Shown: one piece after another, positions 18,706-28,526 of the stretch
How positions within the stretch are numbered: the stretch's first letter is position 1
Layout of the letters: each line of letters opens with the position of its first letter
Source of the DNA: a virus
Taxonomy: Duplodnaviria > Caudoviricetes
DNA: 64,000 nt
Strand: one strand, 5' to 3'
Virus record (IMG/VR): IMGVR_UViG_651703101_000001
Location: 32,001-96,000 of that record
The notes under the pieces: generated by a model
The model's database searches: none
The model's input: the letters and a program-made list of their open reading frames with translations, nothing else
Told to the model about the DNA's origin: nothing
Program-made: the position numbers and the translations under genes

Positions 18706-19380
18706 ATGGCAGTTCAATCAGATTCAAGTTCTTTACCACCAAGATCACAAACAGTTGGAATAGAGAATCGTAATTTTCTATCACCAATTGGATTTAAATT
18801 CACAATTAATAGACTTAAGGGTGTAGATTTCTTTTGTCAGTCAGCTACAGTTCCTGGTATTAGTATGGGGGCCCCAAGTACAGGAACACGTTTCAACAAA
18901 ATATATCACCCTGGGGATGAACTAGAATATGATGAGCTCTACATCAAATTTCTAGTTGATGAAAACATGAAGAACTATATTCAGGTTCATGATTGGATGA
19001 GAGAAATAACTACACCATATTCCAGTTCAGAGTTTGCATTCAATAGATCAGCAATTCAAAGTCAAAATCCGATTCGTAGAAGAGTAGAAGAGCCACCGTC
19101 TCTACTCGACAATCAGTGGAAATCGGACTGTTCTCTTTTTGTTCTATCTTCAAATTATGCTCCAGTTGCGGAATTTGTATTCAGAGATGCGTTCCCGGTA
19201 GCACTGACACCATTGAATTTCGATTCTTCCATAGAAGATGTGAACTACTTTACGTCAGAAATTAGAATTCGTTACAATTACTTCGATCCATATGTCTGTC
19301 GAGCAGCAACAGCCACAGACTCCTCAATGAAGACGGATTACTACACATCAGAGAAGGGAGTTGACCTTGACGTAGGTTGA
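18706..19380 (+). CDS. gp3: tail completion protein gp3
   Basis: NRNFLSPIGFKF, FFCQSATVPG, FLVDENMKNY, FRDAFP. Confidence 0.9.
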   Translation: MAVQSDSSSLPPRSQTVGIENRNFLSPIGFKFTINRLKGVDFFCQSATVPGISMGAPSTGTRFNKIYHPGDELEYDELYIKFLVDENMKNYIQVHDWMREITTPYSSSEFAFNRSAIQSQNPIRRRVEEPPSLLDNQWKSDCSLFVLSSNYAPVAEFVFRDAFPVALTPLNFDSSIEDVNYFTSEIRIRYNYFDPYVCRAATATDSSMKTDYYTSEKGVDLDVG

Positions 19381-19395
19381 AACCAGTGATAGACT
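19367..19395 (+). promoter_or_regulatory. sigma70-like promoter upstream of uvsY
   Basis: TTGACG-17 bp-TAGACT. Confidence 0.55.
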
Positions 19396-19416
19396 GAGCA
19401 ATAAAAGATCTCAGTT

Positions 19417-19842
19417 ATGGACCTCAAAACAATACAAGACTGGTGGAAAGAAGACTCAAAAATTGACGAAGTTCTTTTAGACGAATCATCTCTTAAGATC
19501 CCTAGACTTCATCAAAAATATCTGACTCTCTACAACGAATTCACAATCGGCCAAAAGAGAAAAGCACAACAACTTAAGAAACTCCGTCATAGTAAATACC
19601 TTTACTATTCTGGAAAGGCAGATCCACAAATTTATGTGGCCAATCCATTCCCGCATAGACTTCTGAAGACTGACGTTCAAGAATGGATCGGTGTAGATGA
19701 TGAGGTTGCTGCAGTAGAGATGGAATTAGAATATTATAATACAACGGTTGCTGCACTAGATAACATCCTTAAACAGATTCATCAAATGAGTTTTAATATA
19801 AAGAATGCCATCGAGTGGAGAAAATTCACCTCTGGTGGTTGA
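19417..19842 (+). CDS. uvsY: recombination mediator UvsY
   Basis: DSKID, SLKIPRLHQKYL, YYSGKA, IKNAIEW. Confidence 0.92.
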   Translation: MDLKTIQDWWKEDSKIDEVLLDESSLKIPRLHQKYLTLYNEFTIGQKRKAQQLKKLRHSKYLYYSGKADPQIYVANPFPHRLLKTDVQEWIGVDDEVAAVEMELEYYNTTVAALDNILKQIHQMSFNIKNAIEWRKFTSGG

Positions 19843-19873
19843 AACTAAATAGTAGTAGAATATATTATTTGTC

Positions 19874-21367
19874 ATGACAGTCATTCTTCAAAAGAAAAAT
19901 GAGTGCGAAGTCTTTATTGATGCCCCTCAACATATACTGTATGAGTTACAAGAATCTTTTTCTTTTGACGTAGATGGTGCCAGTTTTTCACCAGCATACA
20001 GAAAGAAATATTGGGACGGTAAAATAAGATTAGTAAACATCACAAAACAAACTATTCCAGCTGGTCTAATCTATCGTCTATGTAAGTGGCTAGACAAACA
20101 CCAATACGAGTGGGAATTTAAGAATAATGAGTTCTACGGAACTCCATATGAAATCGATGAAAAGATTCACTACGAAGGTGTTAAGCTTTTCATGGAAAAG
20201 ATTTCAACTAAGACACCTAGAGAATATCAAGTACAGAGTGTTTATCAAGCTCTAAAAGAATATAGAAAAACTATTCTTTCACCAACGGCATCCGGTAAAT
20301 CATTGATGATTTATTCTATATGTCGTTATATGAAAACGATTGGCAATCGAACTCTTTTGGTTGTACCTACGAAGGCACTTGTCGAGCAAATGACAAAAGA
20401 CTTTGAAGAGTACGGTTGGGATACTGAAGAAAACGTTCATAAAATTTATGAAGGTCATTCTATTCAAACTAAGGCACCAGTTACAATTTCAACTTGGCAA
20501 TCGATTTACACACTTGATAAGAACTGGTTTAGGCAATTTGACTGTGTAGTTGCTGACGAGTGTCATCAATACAAGGCAAAATCTATTCAAGGAATTATCA
20601 AGAAATGTCCAGATGCTAAATGGAAATATGGATTCACTGGAACTTTAGATGGAAAGAACGTTAACAAGTTAATCCTTGAAGGTCTTTTTGGGCCCATCTA
20701 TACAACAACAACTTATGCAGAACTGATGGAAAATGATTTCATCGCAAAGCTTAAGGTTCAAATCATCACACTCAAACACGATTATAAAAAGTTCAATACT
20801 TACAATGATGAGATTGAATATCTGTTCGAGCATGAAGGTAGGAATCAATTTATTGTTGATCTTGTACAACGTCTAAAAGGAAACGTTCTGATACTATTCT
20901 CTAGAGTAGATGGCCATGGAATTCCCTTAGAAGATAAGTTTAAAAGTGTAACTAATCGTCCTGTACACATTATTCATGGAGATGTAAAAGTAGACGTAAG
21001 AGAAGAAGTTCGATCTATCGCTGAATCAAGCGATAACAACATTATTCTTGGATCTTATGGAACTATGTCAACTGGTGTAAACATTAAAAATTTACATCAT
21101 GTTGTATTTGCATCACCATCTAAATCCAGAATCCGTGTACTACAAACGATTGGAAGGGGCCTCAGAAAAGGCAAGAATAAAGAAAGATGTATGATTTATG
21201 ACATTGCTGATGATCTTCGTGGCCACACTCAGAGAAATAACTACACTCTCAATCATCTAATCGAAAGAATCAATTACTATGTGAATGAATCATTTGAATA
21301 TCAGATGTTTGAACTACGAGTACCGGACTCCCAATCAGACATAAATACCAATACATTATTTCCATGA
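19874..21367 (+). CDS. uvsW: SF2 helicase UvsW
   Basis: WDGKIRL, SPTASGKS, DECH, TGT, QTIGRGLR. Confidence 0.95.
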   Translation: MTVILQKKNECEVFIDAPQHILYELQESFSFDVDGASFSPAYRKKYWDGKIRLVNITKQTIPAGLIYRLCKWLDKHQYEWEFKNNEFYGTPYEIDEKIHYEGVKLFMEKISTKTPREYQVQSVYQALKEYRKTILSPTASGKSLMIYSICRYMKTIGNRTLLVVPTKALVEQMTKDFEEYGWDTEENVHKIYEGHSIQTKAPVTISTWQSIYTLDKNWFRQFDCVVADECHQYKAKSIQGIIKKCPDAKWKYGFTGTLDGKNVNKLILEGLFGPIYTTTTYAELMENDFIAKLKVQIITLKHDYKKFNTYNDEIEYLFEHEGRNQFIVDLVQRLKGNVLILFSRVDGHGIPLEDKFKSVTNRPVHIIHGDVKVDVREEVRSIAESSDNNIILGSYGTMSTGVNIKNLHHVVFASPSKSRIRVLQTIGRGLRKGKNKERCMIYDIADDLRGHTQRNNYTLNHLIERINYYVNESFEYQMFELRVPDSQSDINTNTLFP

Positions 21368-21780
21368 AAATGAATGAGCCCTTTTTTGCAACTCTTAAGT
21401 TGACAACGGGTGAAGAGGTTTTGGCAGAAGTAGTGCACGAAATTGATAAAAATACTGGAGATGATTTCTTTGTTGTTTCAAACCCTATAGTTATTAACGA
21501 AACAACAAAGATCGATTACCAAAGAGGTGCCATAGTTTCAGGACTGGTACCAAAGAAATGGATGCTATACGCAAATGATGATATGGCAATTGTACATAAA
21601 CACCATGTCATTTCTGTTTCCGAACTTGACAAGTTTGGTATTGAATTTTATTTCAATGCACTTAAAGTTGCTAGAATATCCTCACCAATTAAAAGAAATA
21701 TTAAATCTACAGAAAATAGTGGATTTATTGGTGATGTAACTACATCACGACAATTCTTAGAAAAGATATACAATCTATAA
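21364..21780 (+). CDS. conserved T4-like hypothetical protein (Sm-like)
   Basis: TLKLTTGEEVLA N-terminus, typical of the ORF downstream of uvsW. Confidence 0.7.
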   Translation: MKMNEPFFATLKLTTGEEVLAEVVHEIDKNTGDDFFVVSNPIVINETTKIDYQRGAIVSGLVPKKWMLYANDDMAIVHKHHVISVSELDKFGIEFYFNALKVARISSPIKRNIKSTENSGFIGDVTTSRQFLEKIYNL

Positions 21781-21804
21781 ATATATGTAAACTGTCAAAT
21801 AGTC

Positions 21805-22089
21805 ATGTCAATACAAAAACCAGAACATGTCATTTGGCAAGAACGTCTATTCTATGTGGTCATCATATTGATTATCTATCAGATGTCAATTTATGCTATG
21901 ACCACTCTTTCTTGTAATTATAATTACATCTTTAAAGATAAACCAATAAGTAATGATAAAATCTGTCTAGCTACGGCTCAAGATACCACGTCTGCAGCAA
22001 AAGATTACATTACTTTAGTTCTTGCTTTGATATCCAAAGTTCCTGAGAACAAAGAAAATGAAAGGAAGGATAAAGAGGATAACCCTTAA
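21805..22089 (+). CDS. hypothetical membrane protein
   Basis: Two hydrophobic segments; TATAAATA at 21776. Confidence 0.55.
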   Translation: MSIQKPEHVIWQERLFYVVIILIIYQMSIYAMTTLSCNYNYIFKDKPISNDKICLATAQDTTSAAKDYITLVLALISKVPENKENERKDKEDNP

Positions 22090-22327
22090 AGCTTATTAAT
22101 ATAGCTAGCCTTCTTCTTAGCGACACTAAGAGTGTAACGCTTTTAGAGTGGCCTGTCAAGGGCCATTACCTTTTGTTACAATTTCAACACAGACTCAATT
22201 CGTCAGTCTGGAGTCAACTACCACGTTCGTTCTCGCACGTGCGCTAGACTCCCTAGCACGTCCTAGGGTCTTCCGACTTACTATCCTACCCTCACAAGAT
22301 CCGTGCGCTACAGAGTCTCGCTCAGCG

Positions 22328-22356
22328 TTGACACAAACGTTAAAGACCTTTATAAT
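22328..22356 (+). promoter_or_regulatory. consensus sigma70 promoter for gp55
   Basis: TTGACA-17 bp-TATAAT, 23 nt before the ATG. Confidence 0.85.
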
Positions 22357-22379
22357 AAAATAACACTTACATAATTATT

Positions 22380-22874
22380 ATGAATGAATTTAAACCAGAG
22401 GTAGTAAAGAAAAGAAGAAAGAACAATTTTCTTGACAATAAACTTTTCTATTCCGAGTTGATCAACTATAAGATCGAGTGCACCAGGGCTAAGGAAGAGG
22501 GAAGAGATAAACCAAGAATCCCCAAGTATATTGGTAAGTGCTTATTTGATATTGCAAATCACTTGTCACAAAGACCGAACTTTTCAAACTATATCTTTAG
22601 AGAAGATATGGTCATGGATGCGGTAGAGAATTGTGTGATTTATGTTTCTTCATTCGATCCAGAGAAATCTAAGAATCCATTTGCATACTTCACTCAAGTC
22701 TGTTGGTATGCATTCATCCGTAGAATTGGAAAAGAAAAGAAACAGATAGCCATCTGTGACAAAATTATTGAACGTTCTGGGTTTGAGCAATTCTTTACTT
22801 CTGATGAAGGTGGATCCTCTTCAGACTACAATAGTATCAAAGATGCCGTCGAACAAAGACAGAAGGGCAGATAA
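22380..22874 (+). CDS. gp55: late transcription sigma factor gp55
   Basis: YIGKCLFDIANHLSQRPNFSNY, FDPEKSKNPFAYFTQ. Confidence 0.96.
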   Translation: MNEFKPEVVKKRRKNNFLDNKLFYSELINYKIECTRAKEEGRDKPRIPKYIGKCLFDIANHLSQRPNFSNYIFREDMVMDAVENCVIYVSSFDPEKSKNPFAYFTQVCWYAFIRRIGKEKKQIAICDKIIERSGFEQFFTSDEGGSSSDYNSIKDAVEQRQKGR

Positions 22875-22891
22875 ATAGAATAAAGATAATT

Positions 22892-24970
22892 ATGGATCCG
22901 TTACAAGAACTTTATCAATTATACGAAGCTGAACTTCAACCAAAAGTAAAACCTAAAACTCCCGTAAAAGTAAAACCTAAGGTTGAGTTGGATGAACCAG
23001 AAGGTGCACCACCAAATGCAATAGTAAAAGGATTGAGTAAAGGATTGGATGCACTGGCAGCAGATCTTAAAGGTGGTCCTACACCAAAAGAAACATCTAC
23101 CGCGGTTGCAAATCCTAAGTTACAGGATCCAAATCCAATGGTAGGAACTCCACAGGAGAAAGAATCAGAAGTAGATCCTGACGGAACTCCTACCATTGGA
23201 TCTTCACCAGAATTTGTTCATCCTGAAGCAGAAAGAAATCAAAGAACACAAGATGCAATTAAACAGGGGTTGTCTCCTGAAGATGCCTTTGCGGCCGAGT
23301 ATGGAAAGGAACCAACACCTAGAGACGCTGACGAGTATGCAAAATACTTGGCTGCCTATACTAATGACAAACAGAAGAACATTCCAAAACCAGATGAAGA
23401 TAGTGAGTCTATTTTCGGTAAGGACGTAAACGATAATAATCTTACTCCCGAAGAGCAAGAACTAGAAGCAGAAGAACAAAGAAGGGACGCCGCATTAAAT
23501 AGTGAAAATCCAGAAGAGGTTGCGTTAGAAATTCAAAATATTGAAGACGAAAACTATGATTGGAATTTAGAACTTGACAAGTATAAAACTGATAGTCTAG
23601 AGGATCTTGCTAAGACAAAAGAAATAACAGATAGAATTCGTAAAAACAATGACAAACTGTTTGCGGCTGTAAGGGAACAACTTGCAAATATTCCATCTGA
23701 GGCGAACCGAAAGTCATTCATACAATCAATGATTCACGCAAGAACCTTTGAAGGTAGAAATAACAGCGGAAAGGGTAAGAACCAACTAGGTTATGTTGAT
23801 GTGCAAAATCTTCTTGCCAACCGAAACAGACTGGTTGAGGGTTATGGTGATGGTAGTCCAGAAGCAATAGAAAAGTTTGTAAGAAGTGCCAGATCTATAG
23901 AAGTGAGTGACGACTTCGTAGCAGCTTCATATGAAGTTCTACCGGAAAAGTTTAAGAGCGCACTTAAGGGTAAGGGGAAGGTAAGTAGTGATGCTAAATT
24001 CAAAGATATTCACTTCTTGGGGTATGACAAAGACGGGAAGGAAAAAAGAGGTCAGGCGACCACAAATGATAGAGCCCGTTTAATTTGGAAGTTATATCTT
24101 GAACAGGGGGGAGTTGACGCATATACCGGTCTACCTCTAAATCTAGAATCAATTGACCTTGAACATGTTCGCGGTTTTAACAACAAAGATGGTGGTATAC
24201 CAACGGATGAAGATTATAAAAATAGAGAACACGAAAAGAATATGGTTTTAGTTGCTTCAAATGTGAACCAGATGAAGAAAGAAATGAATATGGAGGATTT
24301 TGTCAAAAAGCATGTGGATGTGAAAAAAGACTGGACCGAAGAACAATATGGTGGAGACTCTGCCATGTATGATCGTCAAAATCAAATTCTTAGTGAAAGT
24401 GTTCAATTTGCAAAAAGTCTTGTACAAGATGGTGTTTTTTCAAAGGACATCACACCAGAACTCATTAAAGATTATTTTATGATGGATGATACCAAATACT
24501 CTCAGGCAAAAAATGAGATTATAGGATCTGGAACTCTTACCAAACAACAAAAGACAAGACTTCAAACAATGAAATCTCAACTCGGTAAGGAATTAATCAG
24601 TGCACTGGGTCTTGCAAGAGGTACCGCCGACCCATCAGGTAGAAGAAGCACCTCATTCCCAGTTGACAACTATTATCGTGGATTTATCTATTCTATGGTA
24701 AAGGCTGGTCCAGAAGAGTATGAAAGATACAAAAATGGCTGGAAGGCTGCGATCGCTGCTGCGAACGAATCCAGAAGTAAGAAGGATGCGACTAGAGTTC
24801 TGAAGGAACTTGGACTCATCGATGAAGAAATTCTAAATGATAGAAAACTAGGTAGAGTCTTTAGAGAAGATTACGATTGGACGGAAGAACTGGCACAACC
24901 CATCTTGACGGAAGAACTGGAAATGTGGTACTATGACTTAGATTATCTGAGAACCTATGGCAGAGCATAA
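22892..24970 (+). CDS. large late protein with an acidic N-terminus and a Cas9-type HNH nuclease motif
   Basis: KLYLEQGGVDAYTG...IDLEHV...NMVLVASNVNQMK; TAAATA at 22872. Confidence 0.65.
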   Translation: MDPLQELYQLYEAELQPKVKPKTPVKVKPKVELDEPEGAPPNAIVKGLSKGLDALAADLKGGPTPKETSTAVANPKLQDPNPMVGTPQEKESEVDPDGTPTIGSSPEFVHPEAERNQRTQDAIKQGLSPEDAFAAEYGKEPTPRDADEYAKYLAAYTNDKQKNIPKPDEDSESIFGKDVNDNNLTPEEQELEAEEQRRDAALNSENPEEVALEIQNIEDENYDWNLELDKYKTDSLEDLAKTKEITDRIRKNNDKLFAAVREQLANIPSEANRKSFIQSMIHARTFEGRNNSGKGKNQLGYVDVQNLLANRNRLVEGYGDGSPEAIEKFVRSARSIEVSDDFVAASYEVLPEKFKSALKGKGKVSSDAKFKDIHFLGYDKDGKEKRGQATTNDRARLIWKLYLEQGGVDAYTGLPLNLESIDLEHVRGFNNKDGGIPTDEDYKNREHEKNMVLVASNVNQMKKEMNMEDFVKKHVDVKKDWTEEQYGGDSAMYDRQNQILSESVQFAKSLVQDGVFSKDITPELIKDYFMMDDTKYSQAKNEIIGSGTLTKQQKTRLQTMKSQLGKELISALGLARGTADPSGRRSTSFPVDNYYRGFIYSMVKAGPEEYERYKNGWKAAIAAANESRSKKDATRVLKELGLIDEEILNDRKLGRVFREDYDWTEELAQPILTEELEMWYYDLDYLRTYGRA

Positions 24971-26003
24971 TAAAGTTGCAATCATTACTGATACTCACTT
25001 TGGTCTTCGTAAAGGATCTCAAATCTTTCATGATTACTTTGAAGACTTCTATAAGAATGTCTTCTTTCCGAAACTAGATGAACTCGGAATTGATACTGTA
25101 ATTCATATGGGAGATGTTTTCGATGTTCGTAAAGGTATCGATTACTGGAGCTTGGCCTGGTCTAAGCGTGTGTTCTTTGACGAACTTGTAAAAAGAAATA
25201 TCGAGACTCATATCATTGTAGGGAATCATGATATCTTCTATAAGACTTCATTGAAGATTCATTCTCCAGGTCTTAATCTTACTGAGTATCCAAACATCAC
25301 AACATACGATACTCCACAAGTCGCCACAATCAAGAGCCAAGAAGTCTTTATGATTCCGTGGATTTGTGAAGATAATGTCGAACAATTTACAAAAATACTA
25401 GGCACCACTAACTCTAAGTTAGCAATGGGTCACTTAGAGATTAGCGGATTTTATGCAAACCAAAACTACCAATGTACTACTGGAATTGATGCTCACATCT
25501 TTTCTAGTTTTGAGAGAGTCTTTTCAGGACATTTCCACAAGAAGAATACCACTGGTAATATTACATATCTTGGGAACCCTTATCAGTTGTATTGGAGCGA
25601 CGAAGGTGATGTCCGTGGTTTTCATATTTTTGATTTGGGGACTATGGATTTGGATTTTGTGCCCAATCCTTATCGCATGTATAGTAAGATCTACTATAAT
25701 GATACCAAGAAGCAAAAGATTAATCTAGAAGATTACGAAAAGACATATATCAAGTTGATTGTAGAAAAGAGCTCTAGTCAAAAGAAGTTAACTGAACTAA
25801 TTGACAATCTATACTCTAAAGGAATTCATGATCTTAAAGTCATTGAAACTTTTGATATCAAGATTGATGATGATGTGGAAATTGAATCCGAGGATACTTT
25901 GACTTCCATTGGCAAGTACATTTATGCCATGGAAGATTCTTTTGATAAAGAGCAGATATTAAATATTATGAAATCTCTTTATGTAGAATCACAAGAGGTA
26001 TAA
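24957..26003 (+). CDS. gp47: recombination endonuclease gp47 (Mre11/SbcD-like)
   Basis: TDTHFG, GDVFD, GNHD, SGHFH. Confidence 0.95.
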   Translation: MAEHNKVAIITDTHFGLRKGSQIFHDYFEDFYKNVFFPKLDELGIDTVIHMGDVFDVRKGIDYWSLAWSKRVFFDELVKRNIETHIIVGNHDIFYKTSLKIHSPGLNLTEYPNITTYDTPQVATIKSQEVFMIPWICEDNVEQFTKILGTTNSKLAMGHLEISGFYANQNYQCTTGIDAHIFSSFERVFSGHFHKKNTTGNITYLGNPYQLYWSDEGDVRGFHIFDLGTMDLDFVPNPYRMYSKIYYNDTKKQKINLEDYEKTYIKLIVEKSSSQKKLTELIDNLYSKGIHDLKVIETFDIKIDDDVEIESEDTLTSIGKYIYAMEDSFDKEQILNIMKSLYVESQEV

Positions 26004-26300
26004 ATGTTTCTTTTAACAAGAGAAAAAGATAATCTGACATCTGGTGCATACGCCAGTGTTGATGTGGATGGATTGACAGTTATTCAGTTCTTTAAAAATA
26101 AGGACGATGCTGAGTTTTATAAAACTCAACTAGAGGCCCTCGACCATCAATTGCACGTTTCTCAATTACCAGATGATCAAGTTGATATTATGTGTGATAG
26201 TTTAGGCTATGCATATAGCATCGTAGAACCAGGGGAAATCGTATATCCAAAACTAGAAACTATGCAATTTACACTCGCCCAAATGTTGGGCCTCCGATAA
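26004..26300 (+). CDS. conserved cyanophage hypothetical protein
   Basis: GAYAS...FKNKDDAEFY; lies between gp47 and gp46. Confidence 0.6.
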   Translation: MFLLTREKDNLTSGAYASVDVDGLTVIQFFKNKDDAEFYKTQLEALDHQLHVSQLPDDQVDIMCDSLGYAYSIVEPGEIVYPKLETMQFTLAQMLGLR

Positions 26301-26302
26301 TT

Positions 26303-26515
26303 ATGCTTGAAACTAACATCATTCCAGACAATACTGACTATAAAAAATTATATCTAGAATTAATTTACTTAGTTCAGTGTAAATGGCCAGGCGAAACCAG
26401 ACATGAAACTGCAGCTCGTTATATTCAACAGGCAGAAAATCAAAATAATTCTTCACAACTTCCAACAATGAGTCCAGACGAACCTCCTTTCTACACACCT
26501 CTAAGTTCCCAATGA
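26303..26515 (+). CDS. hypothetical protein
   Basis: KWPGETRHETAARYI; translationally coupled to gp46. Confidence 0.55.
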   Translation: MLETNIIPDNTDYKKLYLELIYLVQCKWPGETRHETAARYIQQAENQNNSSQLPTMSPDEPPFYTPLSSQ

Positions 26516-28236
26516 TAATTTTCAAGAAACTCACATATAAGAATTTTCTAGGTGTAGGAAATCAACCTGTTTCTATCGAACTGAATAAACACAAGACTAC
26601 TCTGATTCATGGAACTAACGGGAGCGGAAAGTCTACAATACTTGACGCATTGTGCTATTCCCTTTATGGTAAGCCGTTCCGCAAGATCAATATTCCTCAA
26701 CTCATCAACTCTCAGAACAACAAGGGTCTAGAGGTTTCTGTAGAATTTTCTATCGGGAAAGATGATTATGAGGTTCATCGTGGACTTAAACCTAGATTGT
26801 TTGAGATCATTCGTAACGGTGAGATTCTAGATGCAAAGGCTGCGGATAAGGATAATCAGGCAACTCTAGAACAAAATATTTTAAAGTTATCCTATCGATC
26901 TTTCACACAAATTGTCATTCTTGGGTCCTCTTCTTATGTTCCTTTCATGCAACTTCCTGCCCAAGGAAGACGTGATTGTGTAGAAGAATTCCTTGATATC
27001 AAAGTGTTTTCTACCATGGCCATTCTGGCCAAAGAAAGATTTCGTTCTCTGAAAGAACAAGCTGCTTCCGTGCAACGTGATATTTCTACTGTTCAGTATA
27101 AATTAGAAATTCAGAATGATAGAATTGAAGAAATTCAATCTCAGACTCAAGAAAGGATTAATGATTTACTTGCAAAAATCACTGATCTAAATTTAGAAAG
27201 GACAATGATTCAGAACGGAATCGAAGTTCTATTAGAACAAGAATCTGAATTAAATGATAAGTTAAAGTCTATAAACAAAAGAAACCCAAGAGCTAAAATT
27301 CTTGAATGCTCAAATCTGATTAGTTCTTTTGACACCAAAATTGCAATTAGGAATAAGACAATTGAATTCTATTCAAATAATGATACTTGTTATACTTGTC
27401 ATCAAGAAATTCAACCTGAAGCCAAAAAGAATCATATCTGTGAGTCTCAGACTGATATTGAAACATATCTTGATGCTAAGAAACAACTTGAGGAGATGGT
27501 TAAGTCCCAGACTAAGTTATCGGACGAGGCTGATAAACTCAGAGAAAAGATTAACGACTATCAGAAAGGGATCTCTCTAAATCAATCGAAGATCCAATCC
27601 ATTTCCAAACAAATATCCGAATGTGAAGCTGAGATCAAAAATATTGAATCTAATTCTTCATCTTTGGATAAAGAACTAGGAAAGAAAGAAGTCTTTGAAG
27701 AAGAACATAAAGACCTTAAAACTAAGTTAGATCAATTGACTGTTGAGGTCAATAATCATGATGTTGTCCTTTCACTTCTGAAAGATTCAGGAATCAAGTC
27801 TCAGATTGTGAAGAAGTATCTTCCAATCATGAATAAGTTCATTGGTCGTTATATGTCAGAACTAGAATTCCCAATTCATTTTGAGTTGGATAGTGAATTT
27901 AAAGAGACCTGCAAATCTCCTTTGTATCAAGATTTTTCCTATGAGTCTTTTTCTGAAGGACAGAAATCTAGAATCGATCTTTCTTTAATGTTTACTTGGA
28001 GAGAGGTTGGGCGTCTTAAGAATTCTGTTTCTTGTAATCTTTTGATACTAGATGAAGTCTTTTCGTCATCCCTAGATGAAGTTGGAAAAGATAACTTGCT
28101 TCGTCTTCTTCGTTATGTTCTAGAAGATGTAAATGTAGTTGTCGTGGACCACACTTTGAATGAGACATTCAAAGAGAAGTTTGACTCTACAATTGAAGTC
28201 AAACAAATCAAAGGGTTTTCACACTATTCAAATTAA
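26512..28236 (+). CDS. gp46: recombination ATPase gp46 (Rad50/SbcC-like)
   Basis: GTNGSGKST, CYTC zinc hook, FSEGQ, LILDEVF. Confidence 0.96.
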   Translation: MIIFKKLTYKNFLGVGNQPVSIELNKHKTTLIHGTNGSGKSTILDALCYSLYGKPFRKINIPQLINSQNNKGLEVSVEFSIGKDDYEVHRGLKPRLFEIIRNGEILDAKAADKDNQATLEQNILKLSYRSFTQIVILGSSSYVPFMQLPAQGRRDCVEEFLDIKVFSTMAILAKERFRSLKEQAASVQRDISTVQYKLEIQNDRIEEIQSQTQERINDLLAKITDLNLERTMIQNGIEVLLEQESELNDKLKSINKRNPRAKILECSNLISSFDTKIAIRNKTIEFYSNNDTCYTCHQEIQPEAKKNHICESQTDIETYLDAKKQLEEMVKSQTKLSDEADKLREKINDYQKGISLNQSKIQSISKQISECEAEIKNIESNSSSLDKELGKKEVFEEEHKDLKTKLDQLTVEVNNHDVVLSLLKDSGIKSQIVKKYLPIMNKFIGRYMSELEFPIHFELDSEFKETCKSPLYQDFSYESFSEGQKSRIDLSLMFTWREVGRLKNSVSCNLLILDEVFSSSLDEVGKDNLLRLLRYVLEDVNVVVVDHTLNETFKEKFDSTIEVKQIKGFSHYSN

Positions 28237-28526
28237 CCTGCGAATACGTTGGGGGAACCCTCAATAACCAGAGTACAGCCAGCAATTGCGTCACCAATTC
28301 TTCCCCCACCTCTTCCATTTATAAACACTCCAGTAGAGCCTATTGCAATAGGTGCTGCGTGAATAACACATGTGTCTGCAAATGGAATGAGGTGAGGAAC
28401 GTTGTGATCACCTTGACGAGACCAAGGTATACCATTAATAAAGACATTATGGCTGCCTTCTGCCCTAACCATACCTGAACAATGGGGAAGGTCTTGATGA
28501 CCTATTCTACATGCTGGGATTGCCAT
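28233..28526 (-). CDS. PAAR spike-tip protein (gp5.4-like)
   Basis: PACRIG, GSHNVFING, GGGRIGD, GSPNVFAG. Confidence 0.88.
   Translation of the reverse strand: MAIPACRIGHQDLPHCSGMVRAEGSHNVFINGIPWSRQGDHNVPHLIPFADTCVIHAAPIAIGSTGVFINGRGGGRIGDAIAGCTLVIEGSPNVFAG

Noticed and set aside
22148-22363. 71-aa ORF upstream of gp55
   Set aside because: GTG start without a clear RBS, atypical composition, and it overlaps the gp55 promoter and multiple hairpins; more likely non-coding
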